The notes under the pieces: model-generated
Told to the model about the DNA's origin: nothing
The model's input: the letters and a program-made list of their open reading frames with translations, nothing else
Database searches by the model: none
Shown here: piece by piece, positions 1 through 8,931 of the stretch
Layout: each line of letters opens with the position of its first letter
Position numbering within the stretch: the stretch's first letter is position 1
Assembly (NCBI RefSeq): GCF_000142905.1
Contig: NW_013657669.1
Coordinates: 507,037 to 571,036, forward strand
DNA: 64,000 bases
Source: Thecamonas trahens ATCC 50062
Lineage: Eukaryota > Protista > Apusomonadida
Reading direction: 5' to 3'
Made by a program: the position numbers and the translations under genes

Positions 1-2332
1 CCTCAAGAACGACAAGTCGCCCGACTCGCTCGCGCCGCTGGCTGACGGAAAACTGGTGCCGACGTCGTCGTCGACAGCACTGGCGGTCGATACGGGTCCG
101 CGCGCCGGTGTGCCGCAGCTTGAGACCTCGGACTCGATCTTTGTCTGCACCGAGCTCGCCGCCGCGCTCAAGATTGAGATTCTCTCACTGGTTGTGTGGC
201 GCGAGTCGTTTGTGTATGCAACTGTGGACGGGCTCTTTGTGTGCGAGGCTGGCAAGGGACTTGCCAACCCACGGCTGGTGTGCAAGACCGGGCTCTCGAA
301 GCTTGTTCTCCGCGAGGACATTGGCATTCTGATTGGCGAGCCGTGCAAAAAGGGCAAGCTCCGGTTCTGGCTCCTGGCGCAGCTGGAAAACTATGATCCA
401 AAGACGGTGGTAGAGAACAAGGTGGCGAACACCAAGGGCCTGCATGCGTGGGAGGTTGCGCGGCCGATGTCGTCGACGTACCTTGCGGTGGGCAAGGGCA
501 AGTCAATTCTGCTCTACAAGTGGGCCGGGCGAGTCTTTGAGCACCAGCACACGTATGCGCTCCCAGCGCGGGTCAAAGTCATGCGGTTCCTCGGAACATC
601 GCTCATCATTGCCTTTCATCAAGAGTTCGACGAGCTCGAGCTGGAAACGTCCGAGGTGCGCGAGCTGTTTGTGCCGGACCGGTCTGTCGATCCGCTCGAC
701 GTCCTCTTTCTCGGCTTTAAGCAAGGTGACATGGTCTCGCCGCTCCAGGAGCTCCTGCTCTGCTACGACAACAAGGGCGTGGTGGTCAATCGGTTTGGCG
801 AGCTCTCCCGGGCATTTGACCTGCGGTGGACGGCAGCACCGTCGGCCTTTGCCTACCTCGACCCGTATGTACTTGCGGTGACGTCCAAGTACGTCGAGGT
901 GCGGACAACACTCAATGGGACGCTGATTCAGCGACTCACCCTGTCAGAGCCGATCTCGCTCCTTTCGTTTGGCTCGTCGCTCTACGTCTCGACGGGTGTC
1001 CGCGGCGCCGATGGCATAATGTCGATCTTTGAGATCAAGCCAAACCTGGCGGTCAATTTGCTGGAGCTTGACGCCATCTCCAATGCGCTCCGCGACCGGG
1101 TCCGCTCGCCGCAATTCAAGGTGACGCGGCGGCCGACGGTTGGCAGCTCGTCGAGCCGCAATGCGACGCCGGCGTCGTCGACGTTGGCCGCCGCCGCCGC
1201 CGCGGCGGTAGCTTCGCCCGGAGCCGCCACCGTCGACGACGGCAAGGTCGAGGCTCTCCTCGCTGCCATCGACTCGGGCAAGGCGAGTGACGTAACCGAG
1301 ATTGTGGAAGCAAGCGCGGATGCCGTCAGCGAACAAAGCAGCGATGGGGAGGCGAGCAGCGAGGGCGGCGCTGACGATGCTGACGACGCGCACGGGGGCG
1401 AGCCCGAGTCGACAATCTCGGATGCCGGCGTCGATCCTGCGGCGTACCTCATGCAGTCGTCGTCGTCCGACTCGGACTCTGGATTTGAGGACACGCAGGT
1501 GGTGGCGATGGAGGCGGCCGGGCCGAGCGGTTCCGACGCTGCTGACGGCGCCAACCGGGAGCGTGCGGCTGGTAGCGGCAGCGCTATCCCAACGGAGGTG
1601 GCGAACGCGGTGGCAGCGCTCCACACTGCGCTGGAGGCTGCGCGGCCGCGGTTTATGCACACAGCCGAGGCCGGGATGCTCGACGCGGCGGTCGTGGCGC
1701 TGCAGGCGACCAACTCGTGCAAGGGCCCGGGATGGGGGCCCGAGTATTTGCGCGAAGTCTTTCCGCCGCTGGTCCACATCCTTGGTCTCTTTATCGACTT
1801 TGAGGCCGCAGTGGAGATGCACGAGCAGAGCCTGGCGACAGCGACGGCGTGCAAGCTGTACGAGCCGCTGGCCGGGGCGCTGGACGTGGTCCGCGAGGCG
1901 CTGCCGAGCGTTGAGGCCACTGTGGCCGGTGTGCGGCAGGCGCTAATGGCAGTCCGGCGATTCAAGCAGTTCCTCGACTCGCTCATCGCTTACGCAGCCG
2001 ACGACGTCCCCGAGGCCACGCTCGGCTCGGTCTCCAACCTCTCAGACGGCGTGGCCGACGCCGCGGCATCGCTTGTGGTGGCGACCAAGGGTTTTTCCCA
2101 GGCGGCCGACAATGCCGATGCATCCAGCGAGGTGCGGACAGCATGCGAGCTCCTCACCTCGCACGCGCGGCGGCTGTACAAGGCCGCACGGGTCGTCACC
2201 GTTCACCATGACGCCTCACACATCATCTCGTATGCCACCGAAAAGCTTGATGGCAACGACAAGAGCGATGTCTCCACCATCAATGCCGTCATCGATGTCT
2301 GTCGTGCCTTGGAAGCGACCATCAACGAATGA
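1..2332 (+). CDS. CNH (citron homology) domain protein, 5' partial, with an acidic linker and helical C-terminus
   Basis: Frame is open from base 2 with no upstream stop or ATG. CNH-like motifs include ILLYKW, LLLCYDNKGVVVNRFG, LRWTAAPSAFAYLDPYVLA and VEVRTTLNGTLIQ. Confidence 0.8.
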   Translation, partial: LKNDKSPDSLAPLADGKLVPTSSSTALAVDTGPRAGVPQLETSDSIFVCTELAAALKIEILSLVVWRESFVYATVDGLFVCEAGKGLANPRLVCKTGLSKLVLREDIGILIGEPCKKGKLRFWLLAQLENYDPKTVVENKVANTKGLHAWEVARPMSSTYLAVGKGKSILLYKWAGRVFEHQHTYALPARVKVMRFLGTSLIIAFHQEFDELELETSEVRELFVPDRSVDPLDVLFLGFKQGDMVSPLQELLLCYDNKGVVVNRFGELSRAFDLRWTAAPSAFAYLDPYVLAVTSKYVEVRTTLNGTLIQRLTLSEPISLLSFGSSLYVSTGVRGADGIMSIFEIKPNLAVNLLELDAISNALRDRVRSPQFKVTRRPTVGSSSSRNATPASSTLAAAAAAAVASPGAATVDDGKVEALLAAIDSGKASDVTEIVEASADAVSEQSSDGEASSEGGADDADDAHGGEPESTISDAGVDPAAYLMQSSSSDSDSGFEDTQVVAMEAAGPSGSDAADGANRERAAGSGSAIPTEVANAVAALHTALEAARPRFMHTAEAGMLDAAVVALQATNSCKGPGWGPEYLREVFPPLVHILGLFIDFEAAVEMHEQSLATATACKLYEPLAGALDVVREALPSVEATVAGVRQALMAVRRFKQFLDSLIAYAADDVPEATLGSVSNLSDGVADAAASLVVATKGFSQAADNADASSEVRTACELLTSHARRLYKAARVVTVHHDASHIISYATEKLDGNDKSDVSTINAVIDVCRALEATINE

Positions 2333-2464
2333 ATGCACATAGAAGCAGCCGCTGTCGGGGGTATGAGCAGTGAGCGATGAGCAGTGAGAGCGGACAACAA
2401 GTGACTTGTGCGAGGGAACGCGGGGAGACGGACAGGACCTCACACTCGTCGAACGAGGGAGGGC

Positions 2465-3856
2465 ATGTACAGTTCCCGGCGCAAGCGGCGTGGCAAGGGA
2501 GGGCCTTCGTGGGATGACCTCCGCGCCATGGGAAGTGGAGGGCATGGGCAAGGCCATGGGCATGGGCATGGGCATGGGCACGGGCATAGTGGACCTGGGC
2601 GGGTGGCGGCAGGTGGCGGAGGAGGCAAGACTGATGGTGGTGCGAACAATGGTCAAGGCCATCGTGATGGACAGCAGGTGATGGAAGACAGAAGCATGCA
2701 TGGGCTTGGTGGAGAGGTTGATGCCGGCCTGGTGCGGAGCTCTGGCTTGGGCGAGTCGACCATGGGCGAGTCTGGCAAGGGCCCGTCGACGCGATGGAGT
2801 GGCGTGGGTCCGGCACCCGGCAGGGCTCCCAGTCAGGGCAATCGCGGGCGGCTCGGGTACGGCGATGAAGAGGCAGGTAGTGTCAGATGCGAGGAGAGTG
2901 CGGATAGTGATAATGACGGACACGCTTGCGATCACGGGCATGGTGGCGGCGATCATGGGCATGGTGGCGGCGATCACGGGCATGGCACGCCGGAGTGGGT
3001 GCAGCTTGTGGACGAGTCCGGTCGTGTGATTGAGTTGTTCAAGGGTGTGCAGTGGCAACCGTCGGTCCACATCTGGAGTAAGCGGCCGTGGATCCGCCAG
3101 TTGGCGATGCTCTCTGTGGTCATTGGCCTCGCCATGCTCGCTGGGGTGTGGACGCTCGGGCGCGATTTTCCCGAATGGGTGCCGATGATGAAGGGTGTGG
3201 CTCGACTCTCTGGCTACGTCTTTGCTGTGCTGCGGATCAACAACCTGTTCCTCACGATCATCTCCAAGCGAATGCGGTACGTACCGGATCCGTCGGTGAC
3301 GTACGGAGTCATCAATGAGGACGTGCTCATCGAGGCCGACACCAAGACCAACTACTTTCGCAGCGTGGTGCCACCAGCGCTCGTTGGCAAATTGGACTCG
3401 GTGCACTACCAGTTTATCATCAAGCAGCTCAACAACAAGCGGCGCGACTCGGAGCTGTACACTCTCATTTCTGCACTGCTGTATATGATCTGGCTGGTGT
3501 GGTGGTACCTCGATGGGACAATCGGATGGAAGGTCGGCCTCGGCGCCGCCTTTGTCGGCGTCGGTATCATCCATCGGGTGTTCTCGATCCTGTGGTTCCA
3601 GGCTTGGGTGGTCAGGTTTTTCGACGAGGAGAACCTCCGGCTCTGCTACCTCGGCCAAGAGTGGGAGTTTGTCGACTACCCGCGACCGTCGTCGATCCTT
3701 GTCCGCTGCATTCCTCTCGCTGGCGTCCCGCTCGAGGACCAAATGCCGCAAGACGCCTCGCACGCTCATGATCACGACCTTGACCTCGCCGCCGGTATAT
3801 CGCCCGCCAGCCCAGCCCTCCTTCCGCCGGTGGCGCCCAACCATAAAGACGATTAG
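2465..3856 (+). CDS. Membrane protein with His-Gly repeats and a possible Erf4/GOLGA7/CHIC-like C-terminal domain
   Basis: ATG at 2465 lies in a long ORF with (HG)n tracts and about 4 hydrophobic segments. The pattern PPALVGKLD..YQFIIKQLN...FFDEENLRL..LGQEW resembles the Erf4 family. Confidence 0.55.
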   Translation: MYSSRRKRRGKGGPSWDDLRAMGSGGHGQGHGHGHGHGHGHSGPGRVAAGGGGGKTDGGANNGQGHRDGQQVMEDRSMHGLGGEVDAGLVRSSGLGESTMGESGKGPSTRWSGVGPAPGRAPSQGNRGRLGYGDEEAGSVRCEESADSDNDGHACDHGHGGGDHGHGGGDHGHGTPEWVQLVDESGRVIELFKGVQWQPSVHIWSKRPWIRQLAMLSVVIGLAMLAGVWTLGRDFPEWVPMMKGVARLSGYVFAVLRINNLFLTIISKRMRYVPDPSVTYGVINEDVLIEADTKTNYFRSVVPPALVGKLDSVHYQFIIKQLNNKRRDSELYTLISALLYMIWLVWWYLDGTIGWKVGLGAAFVGVGIIHRVFSILWFQAWVVRFFDEENLRLCYLGQEWEFVDYPRPSSILVRCIPLAGVPLEDQMPQDASHAHDHDLDLAAGISPASPALLPPVAPNHKDD

Positions 3857-4034
3857 CAGCGAAAACGAGCGATCGGTGCCACAAGTCGGGTCGACTTTGC
3901 GCCGAGTGGAACCGTCGCGAAGCGGTGACTGAAGCGAAACTGGCTAGCGCGACACCACCCAACTCCAACCACCACCACCACCACCCACCTCCGCCCCACC
4001 GCCCACCACCACCCCACACACATTTACACCCACC

Positions 4035-4808
4035 ATGGTACGCACAAGCATCTCCCTTATATTTGTCTCTCTCTCGTATGCTGCTCTGTCAGCATGTGCG
4101 CCTTGGCCAGCCCTGTCCCAGCATAGCAGGGGGAGGGGCGGGCGGGGGGGGGCAGGGATTTCTGGCGATTGTTTGTATTCGTCAATTATTTTTGGGCAGA
4201 GCAGAGCCGGCAGCAGGTGGCGACCGAGGGCGCAGACCATTATTGATGGTGGTGGCCACGGACGATGGTCATGGGTGTGGTCTTGAGGAAGAGGGAGGGG
4301 GCGTGAAACTTACCGATGCAGTGGGGATGGAATGTAGGCTTTGGAGGCAGTCAACCCGGAACAGTTTCTTGTGGGACTCGTGGGCAAGAAGGTCCTGCTC
4401 AAGCTCAAGTGGGGCCCGGCGTACACAGGGCTTCTGCTCTCGTCCGACTCGCACATGAACATCCAGCTGGACAACGCGTGTGAGGTCGATCCTGCATCGG
4501 GCGAGGAGACTCTGCTCGGTGAGGTGGTCTTCCGGTAAGTGATGATCACAGAGTGAGAGAGGGAGGGAGGGAGGAGGAGAACAACCAGTGATGAAGTTAC
4601 CACCTTTGGCTGTGGTTCTGAGATAATCTTATGACTGAGAATTAATTGGTTACAAAAGGACCTGAGGCTGTTCTCCTCGCTCCCATGGCGCGTAGGTAGT
4701 GATAAGAGTGAGCGAGCGGTGTAGGCGGGTGGCCATGTACTCACCACAATATGCTCGTGCAGATGCAACAACATCCTTTACATCCGCGATCTCGCCGAGG
4801 CTGCATAA
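4035..4808 (+). CDS. SNRPF: snRNP Sm protein F; exons 4035-4037, 4338-4534, 4763-4808
   Basis: Spliced product M-ALEAVNPEQFLVGLVGKKVLLKLKWG..Y.G.L.S.DSHMNIQL...LGEVVFR-CNNILYIR matches SmF. Donors are GTACGC and GTAAGT, with AG acceptors. Confidence 0.92.
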
Positions 4809-5215
4809 GATGCAGACTGTGTTGGTGCTCCGAACATACGCCGATCATACCGCGGCATGAGCGTTTCGATTGCCCAGCAGAAGGGGGGGGGCAATATGAC
4901 TATTGAGTCGTGGCATTGTCGGCCATGGCCCCGTCTGCCCCCCTCCCCCGCGCGCCTTTGCGGCGGCCACAACTGTATGTGGCCCGGGCCGCTTTAAAAT
5001 CCGAAAACAAACATCAAACATAACGTCTTGAGAGAGAGAGATCGCGCGCAAAGCCAAGTCGGGGTGATAGCGATGTGAGCCGGGTGCCTTGCGCTGGCCT
5101 GGGAGGGGGGGGAGAGCTGACCGACCCGTCCTCAAGCCGCCCCATTCCCCCCCCCCCTCCCTCACCTCACCTCACCTCACCTCGCCTCACCTCACTCGAG
5201 CTGTCACCACCGAGC

Positions 5216-6304
5216 ATGTCGTTCATCCGAACCAACGTCCTTGCCTTCTGCACTGGCATTAGCATCTCCGGTGCCTATGTTGTACGTGTGCCATAGTACA
5301 CAAGGGAGGGGGAGGGGGGAAGAGGTCGTGCTGCCCCTCCCCTCCTACCTCCTCCGTCACCCTACGCACACTGCACACAACACACAATACCACAAGCACA
5401 TACACACATATAGAGATATATATAGAGATACATGTATATATCCACACGTATCCCCCCTTTCCCGTCTTGTACGACTATACTCACCTATGCTATCATCCCC
5501 TCCTCCTCAACCACCCCCCCCCACCCCACACACACACACACAACACACATACGTACGCATGTGTATGCACATGTCGGATGGTGGCTTGTGTGGGTTATGG
5601 CGTGCACTGGGCGGGGTGAACTGTGTCTGGGGAACTTGCTTGTGGCCTTGCCTCTGGCTGCCTCTGGCTGCCTCTGGCTGCCTCCGACATACTGCCTCTG
5701 ACTGCCTCTGGCTGCCTCCGACTGCCCTCATACTGCCTCCGACTTCCTCCGACTGGCTCGCTCTCATCGGCTTGGACTGGGTTGACTGGGTTGACTGACT
5801 CGCTCTCGTCTTCTCTGGCTGGGTGGACTGGCTGGATGGACTGGCTGGATGGATGGGTGGCTCGGATGCTTCCGCGTCGCTGCTCGTCGGATCACTCTTT
5901 GTCGACATCTCGACGCCTCAACGCATGACCGCCTCCTGTTTGCGACCTACTGCTACTACTATGGACGGTGGTGAGGGGCGTAGGCATACAAATTCAAGAA
6001 CGCGTCGGATGTGGCGGCGGAGCAGCTCGAAGCTGCGCTGGGCAACCTGTCGCAGTCTGTGGCGGTGATGAACAAGCACCTGGCGACGATGGAGAAGCTC
6101 AAGGCCGAAGTCAACTCGCTGGCTACCAAGGTGGCTCTGCAGGACAGCGACATTGCCGCTGTCAAGGCCGCTGTGGCCGATACCTCGGAGAGCGTCGCCG
6201 CGGAGGTTGCCGCTGTCAGTGCGTCGGTCGCGCACCTCAAGAGTGACATGCTCGAGTATGTTCCCGCCGCCCGCGTTGCTGCCAAGGTTGACGGCAGCCA
6301 GTAG
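5216..6304 (+). CDS. Small single-TM plus coiled-coil protein (~128 aa); exons 5216-5281, 5984-6304
   Basis: MSFIRTNVLAFCTGISISGAYV is joined by a phase-0 GTACGT...GTAG intron to AYKFKNASDVAAEQL and a heptad-rich region. Confidence 0.6.
5650..5865. repeat. Intronic degenerate tandem repeats (GCCTCTGGCT-like and ACTGG/GGATGG-like)
   Basis: Directly visible tandem copies inside the 5282-5983 intron. Confidence 0.6.
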
Positions 6305-6702
6305 ATCGTCACTCTGCCACGCTACGCGCTGCGCCTTGACCGGCGCACTGGCCTCGCGCCGGCCGCATGGCCCTCTCCGCCGTCGGCCGTGTGCGCCCGC
6401 CGCCCATGCTCCTGCTTGCGTGAGCAGGCGAGGCCATAATCACCACTGCCTCTCCACGGTTTCCCCGATCCAACAAAGACCGACTTTCGTCAACCATCGC
6501 CTCGACTTGCCAGCCGATTGTGGCTGTCGCGACAGGCGGGAGAGTGCGACTCGGGCTGAGTGCGAGAGTGCGACACGTCGACACGTCGACCGCAGCAGCA
6601 CCAGCGGTACAGGCAGGGATGGAGGCGAGGCTCGGGAGAGGGGTAGCGATTGGCGACAGACTCGACTTTTGTAGCGGGACTACTTGATACTACCCAGTTT
6701 CG

Positions 6703-8874
6703 ATGCTGAGCTTTGCCCGTGGATGTGGAAAGTGTATGGCCCAGGCTGGCGGTGCAGGTGTGGCGGGAGTGGCGGTCGCTGCCTGGCGTGGAGCCAGTGT
6801 TCGCTTCAGTTCGCAAATGGCCGGTGCGGGCAGTGGCGGGCGCGGAGAGAAAAGCCGGGCAAAGTTTACGATTTTGGACGTCCGGGCCCGATTTGAAGCA
6901 GGCGAGCCGTTTACCATGCTCACAGCATACGACTACTCGTCGGCCAAGGTGTGCGAAGACGCCGGGGTGGACATGATCCTTGTGGGCGACTCGCTGGCGC
7001 AGACCATGCTTGGCCACGGATCGACCAACGGGGTGACGATGGACATGATGGTGCACCACGCCAAGGCCGTGGCCGCCGGAGCCAAGTCGCCGTTTCTGGT
7101 CGGTGACATGCCTTTCGGCTCGTACGAGGTGGCGCCGCAGGAGGCCATCGCCAACGCTATCCGGTACCTGGCCGAGGGCGGGATGGACGGGGTCAAGATG
7201 GAGGGCGGGGTCAAGATGGCGGCGACGGCCAAGGCGATTGTGGACGCCGGCGTACCTGTGGTCGGCCATATTGGGCTCACGCCGCAGACCTCGTCATCGC
7301 TCGGCGGATACCGGGTACAGGGGCGGACGGCCGAGTCGGCCAAGGCGCTGCTTGCCGACGCGCTGGCGATGCAGGACGCCGGGTGCTTTGCCATTGTGCT
7401 CGAGGCTCTGCCGCAGCGGGTGGCGTCGTACATTGTGAGCAAGCTCTCTGTGCCGACCATCGGCATCGGCGCCGGTCCGCACACCGCCGGGCAAGTTCTT
7501 GTCTACCACGACATGCTTGGCCTGTTTGACGCGCCTGTCCCCAAGTTCTGCAAGCAGTACGCCCAGCTGCGGCACGATGCAGTGGCAGCTGTGCGCCAGT
7601 TTAAGAACGAAGTGGCGGCGAGAGCGTATCCGGGGCCCGAGCACTGCTACAAGGTGCAGACGGCGGAGCTCCGTGCACTGGTCGGCGACGACATGGCTGT
7701 GCGCGACGAGCGGCCGCCGCCGGCAGCGTCGACGCTGCGGGTGGCGGTTCTCGGCGCCGGTGCGATGGGCTCGCTGCTGGCCNNNNNNNNNNNNNNNNNN
7801 NNNNNNNNNNNNNNNNNNNNNNNNNNNNNNNNNNNNNNNNNNNNNNNNNNNNNNNNNNNNNNNNNNNNNNNNNNNNNNNNNNTGGGCCTTGCGGCGAGTG
7901 CGCCCGAGCTGGGCAGCGATGGTGGCGGTGGGCCACACCATGCGGTGTGGGTTGTCGACGAGTGGGCGGCGCAGATCCAGCGGATCCAGGCCGACGGGCT
8001 CTCAGTCATCGATGCCGAGAGTGGGCAGAAGGAGACGGTGACGAGCGTGGCGGCGACCGTGCCCAAGGGCGTGCCCGGTCCGTGGATGGGCCCGCGGCAG
8101 TACGCCGACGTGGTGGTGGTGGCGGTGAAGCAGCGCGGGACGGCAGCGGCGGCGGCGCTTGCGGCCAAGCTCCTTGCGCCCGATGGCGGACTCGTTCTCA
8201 CGCTGCAAAACGGGCTAGGCCATGTGGAGCAGCTTGCGGATGCGCTGCCGTCGGCGACGATTGTGCAGGGTGTGATGGAGGGCGGAGCGACGCTGCGGCA
8301 CGGGACGTCGACGGTGGTGCAAAACGGGCGCGGGCCGCTTGCGCTGGGCATTGCCCAGCTTGGTGAGGGCGGCAACACGACGCGCGCTGCGCGTGAAGTG
8401 GCCACGCTGGAGCGGATGCTTGCAGCTGCCGGCCTCGACGTCTCGACGGTGGAGGACATCGAGGCGCGAGTGTGGGCCAAGCTCATGGTCAACGCGGCGA
8501 TCAACCCGGTGACGGCAGTGCTGGGGCGGAAGAACGGGGTCATTGCCAAGTCGGCGCGTGCGCGCGAGCTGGTCCAGGTTGTGGTGGCCGAGGCCTCGGC
8601 GGTGGCAGAGGCGCGCGGCATCAAGGGCGTCGATCCGGCTGTTGTTGTTGACCATGTTGTCCGGGTCGCCAACAACACATTTGAGAACACGTCGTCGATG
8701 CTGGCCGATGTCCGGCGCGGGGTCGAGACCGAGGTCGATGCCATCAACGGTGCGATTGTTCGCGAGGGTGCGGCGGCCGGTGTGCCGACGCCGGTCAATG
8801 CCCTCCTTTGCACCCTCGTCGGCGCTCTCGGCGAGCCGCCGCTAACAAAGTCACGGACGGCGAGCCGTCGCTGA
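6703..8874 (+). CDS. panB: Bifunctional ketopantoate hydroxymethyltransferase / ketopantoate reductase (PanB-PanE fusion), probable mitochondrial presequence
   Basis: PanB motifs MLTAYD, LVGDSL, DMPFGSY, VKMEGG, GHIGLTPQ and TIGIGAG are followed in frame by PanE motifs VLGAGAMG, LQNGLG, WAKLMVNAAINP and SSMLAD..GVETEVDAING. An N-gap spans 7783-7882. Confidence 0.93.
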   Translation: MLSFARGCGKCMAQAGGAGVAGVAVAAWRGASVRFSSQMAGAGSGGRGEKSRAKFTILDVRARFEAGEPFTMLTAYDYSSAKVCEDAGVDMILVGDSLAQTMLGHGSTNGVTMDMMVHHAKAVAAGAKSPFLVGDMPFGSYEVAPQEAIANAIRYLAEGGMDGVKMEGGVKMAATAKAIVDAGVPVVGHIGLTPQTSSSLGGYRVQGRTAESAKALLADALAMQDAGCFAIVLEALPQRVASYIVSKLSVPTIGIGAGPHTAGQVLVYHDMLGLFDAPVPKFCKQYAQLRHDAVAAVRQFKNEVAARAYPGPEHCYKVQTAELRALVGDDMAVRDERPPPAASTLRVAVLGAGAMGSLLAXXXXXXXXXXXXXXXXXXXXXXXXXXXXXXXXXXGLAASAPELGSDGGGGPHHAVWVVDEWAAQIQRIQADGLSVIDAESGQKETVTSVAATVPKGVPGPWMGPRQYADVVVVAVKQRGTAAAAALAAKLLAPDGGLVLTLQNGLGHVEQLADALPSATIVQGVMEGGATLRHGTSTVVQNGRGPLALGIAQLGEGGNTTRAAREVATLERMLAAAGLDVSTVEDIEARVWAKLMVNAAINPVTAVLGRKNGVIAKSARARELVQVVVAEASAVAEARGIKGVDPAVVVDHVVRVANNTFENTSSMLADVRRGVETEVDAINGAIVREGAAAGVPTPVNALLCTLVGALGEPPLTKSRTASRR

Positions 8875-8931
8875 CGACGAGTGTAGGATGACGGGGCAAG
8901 AGGAAAATTGGTGGTTTACACCGAGCGCAGC

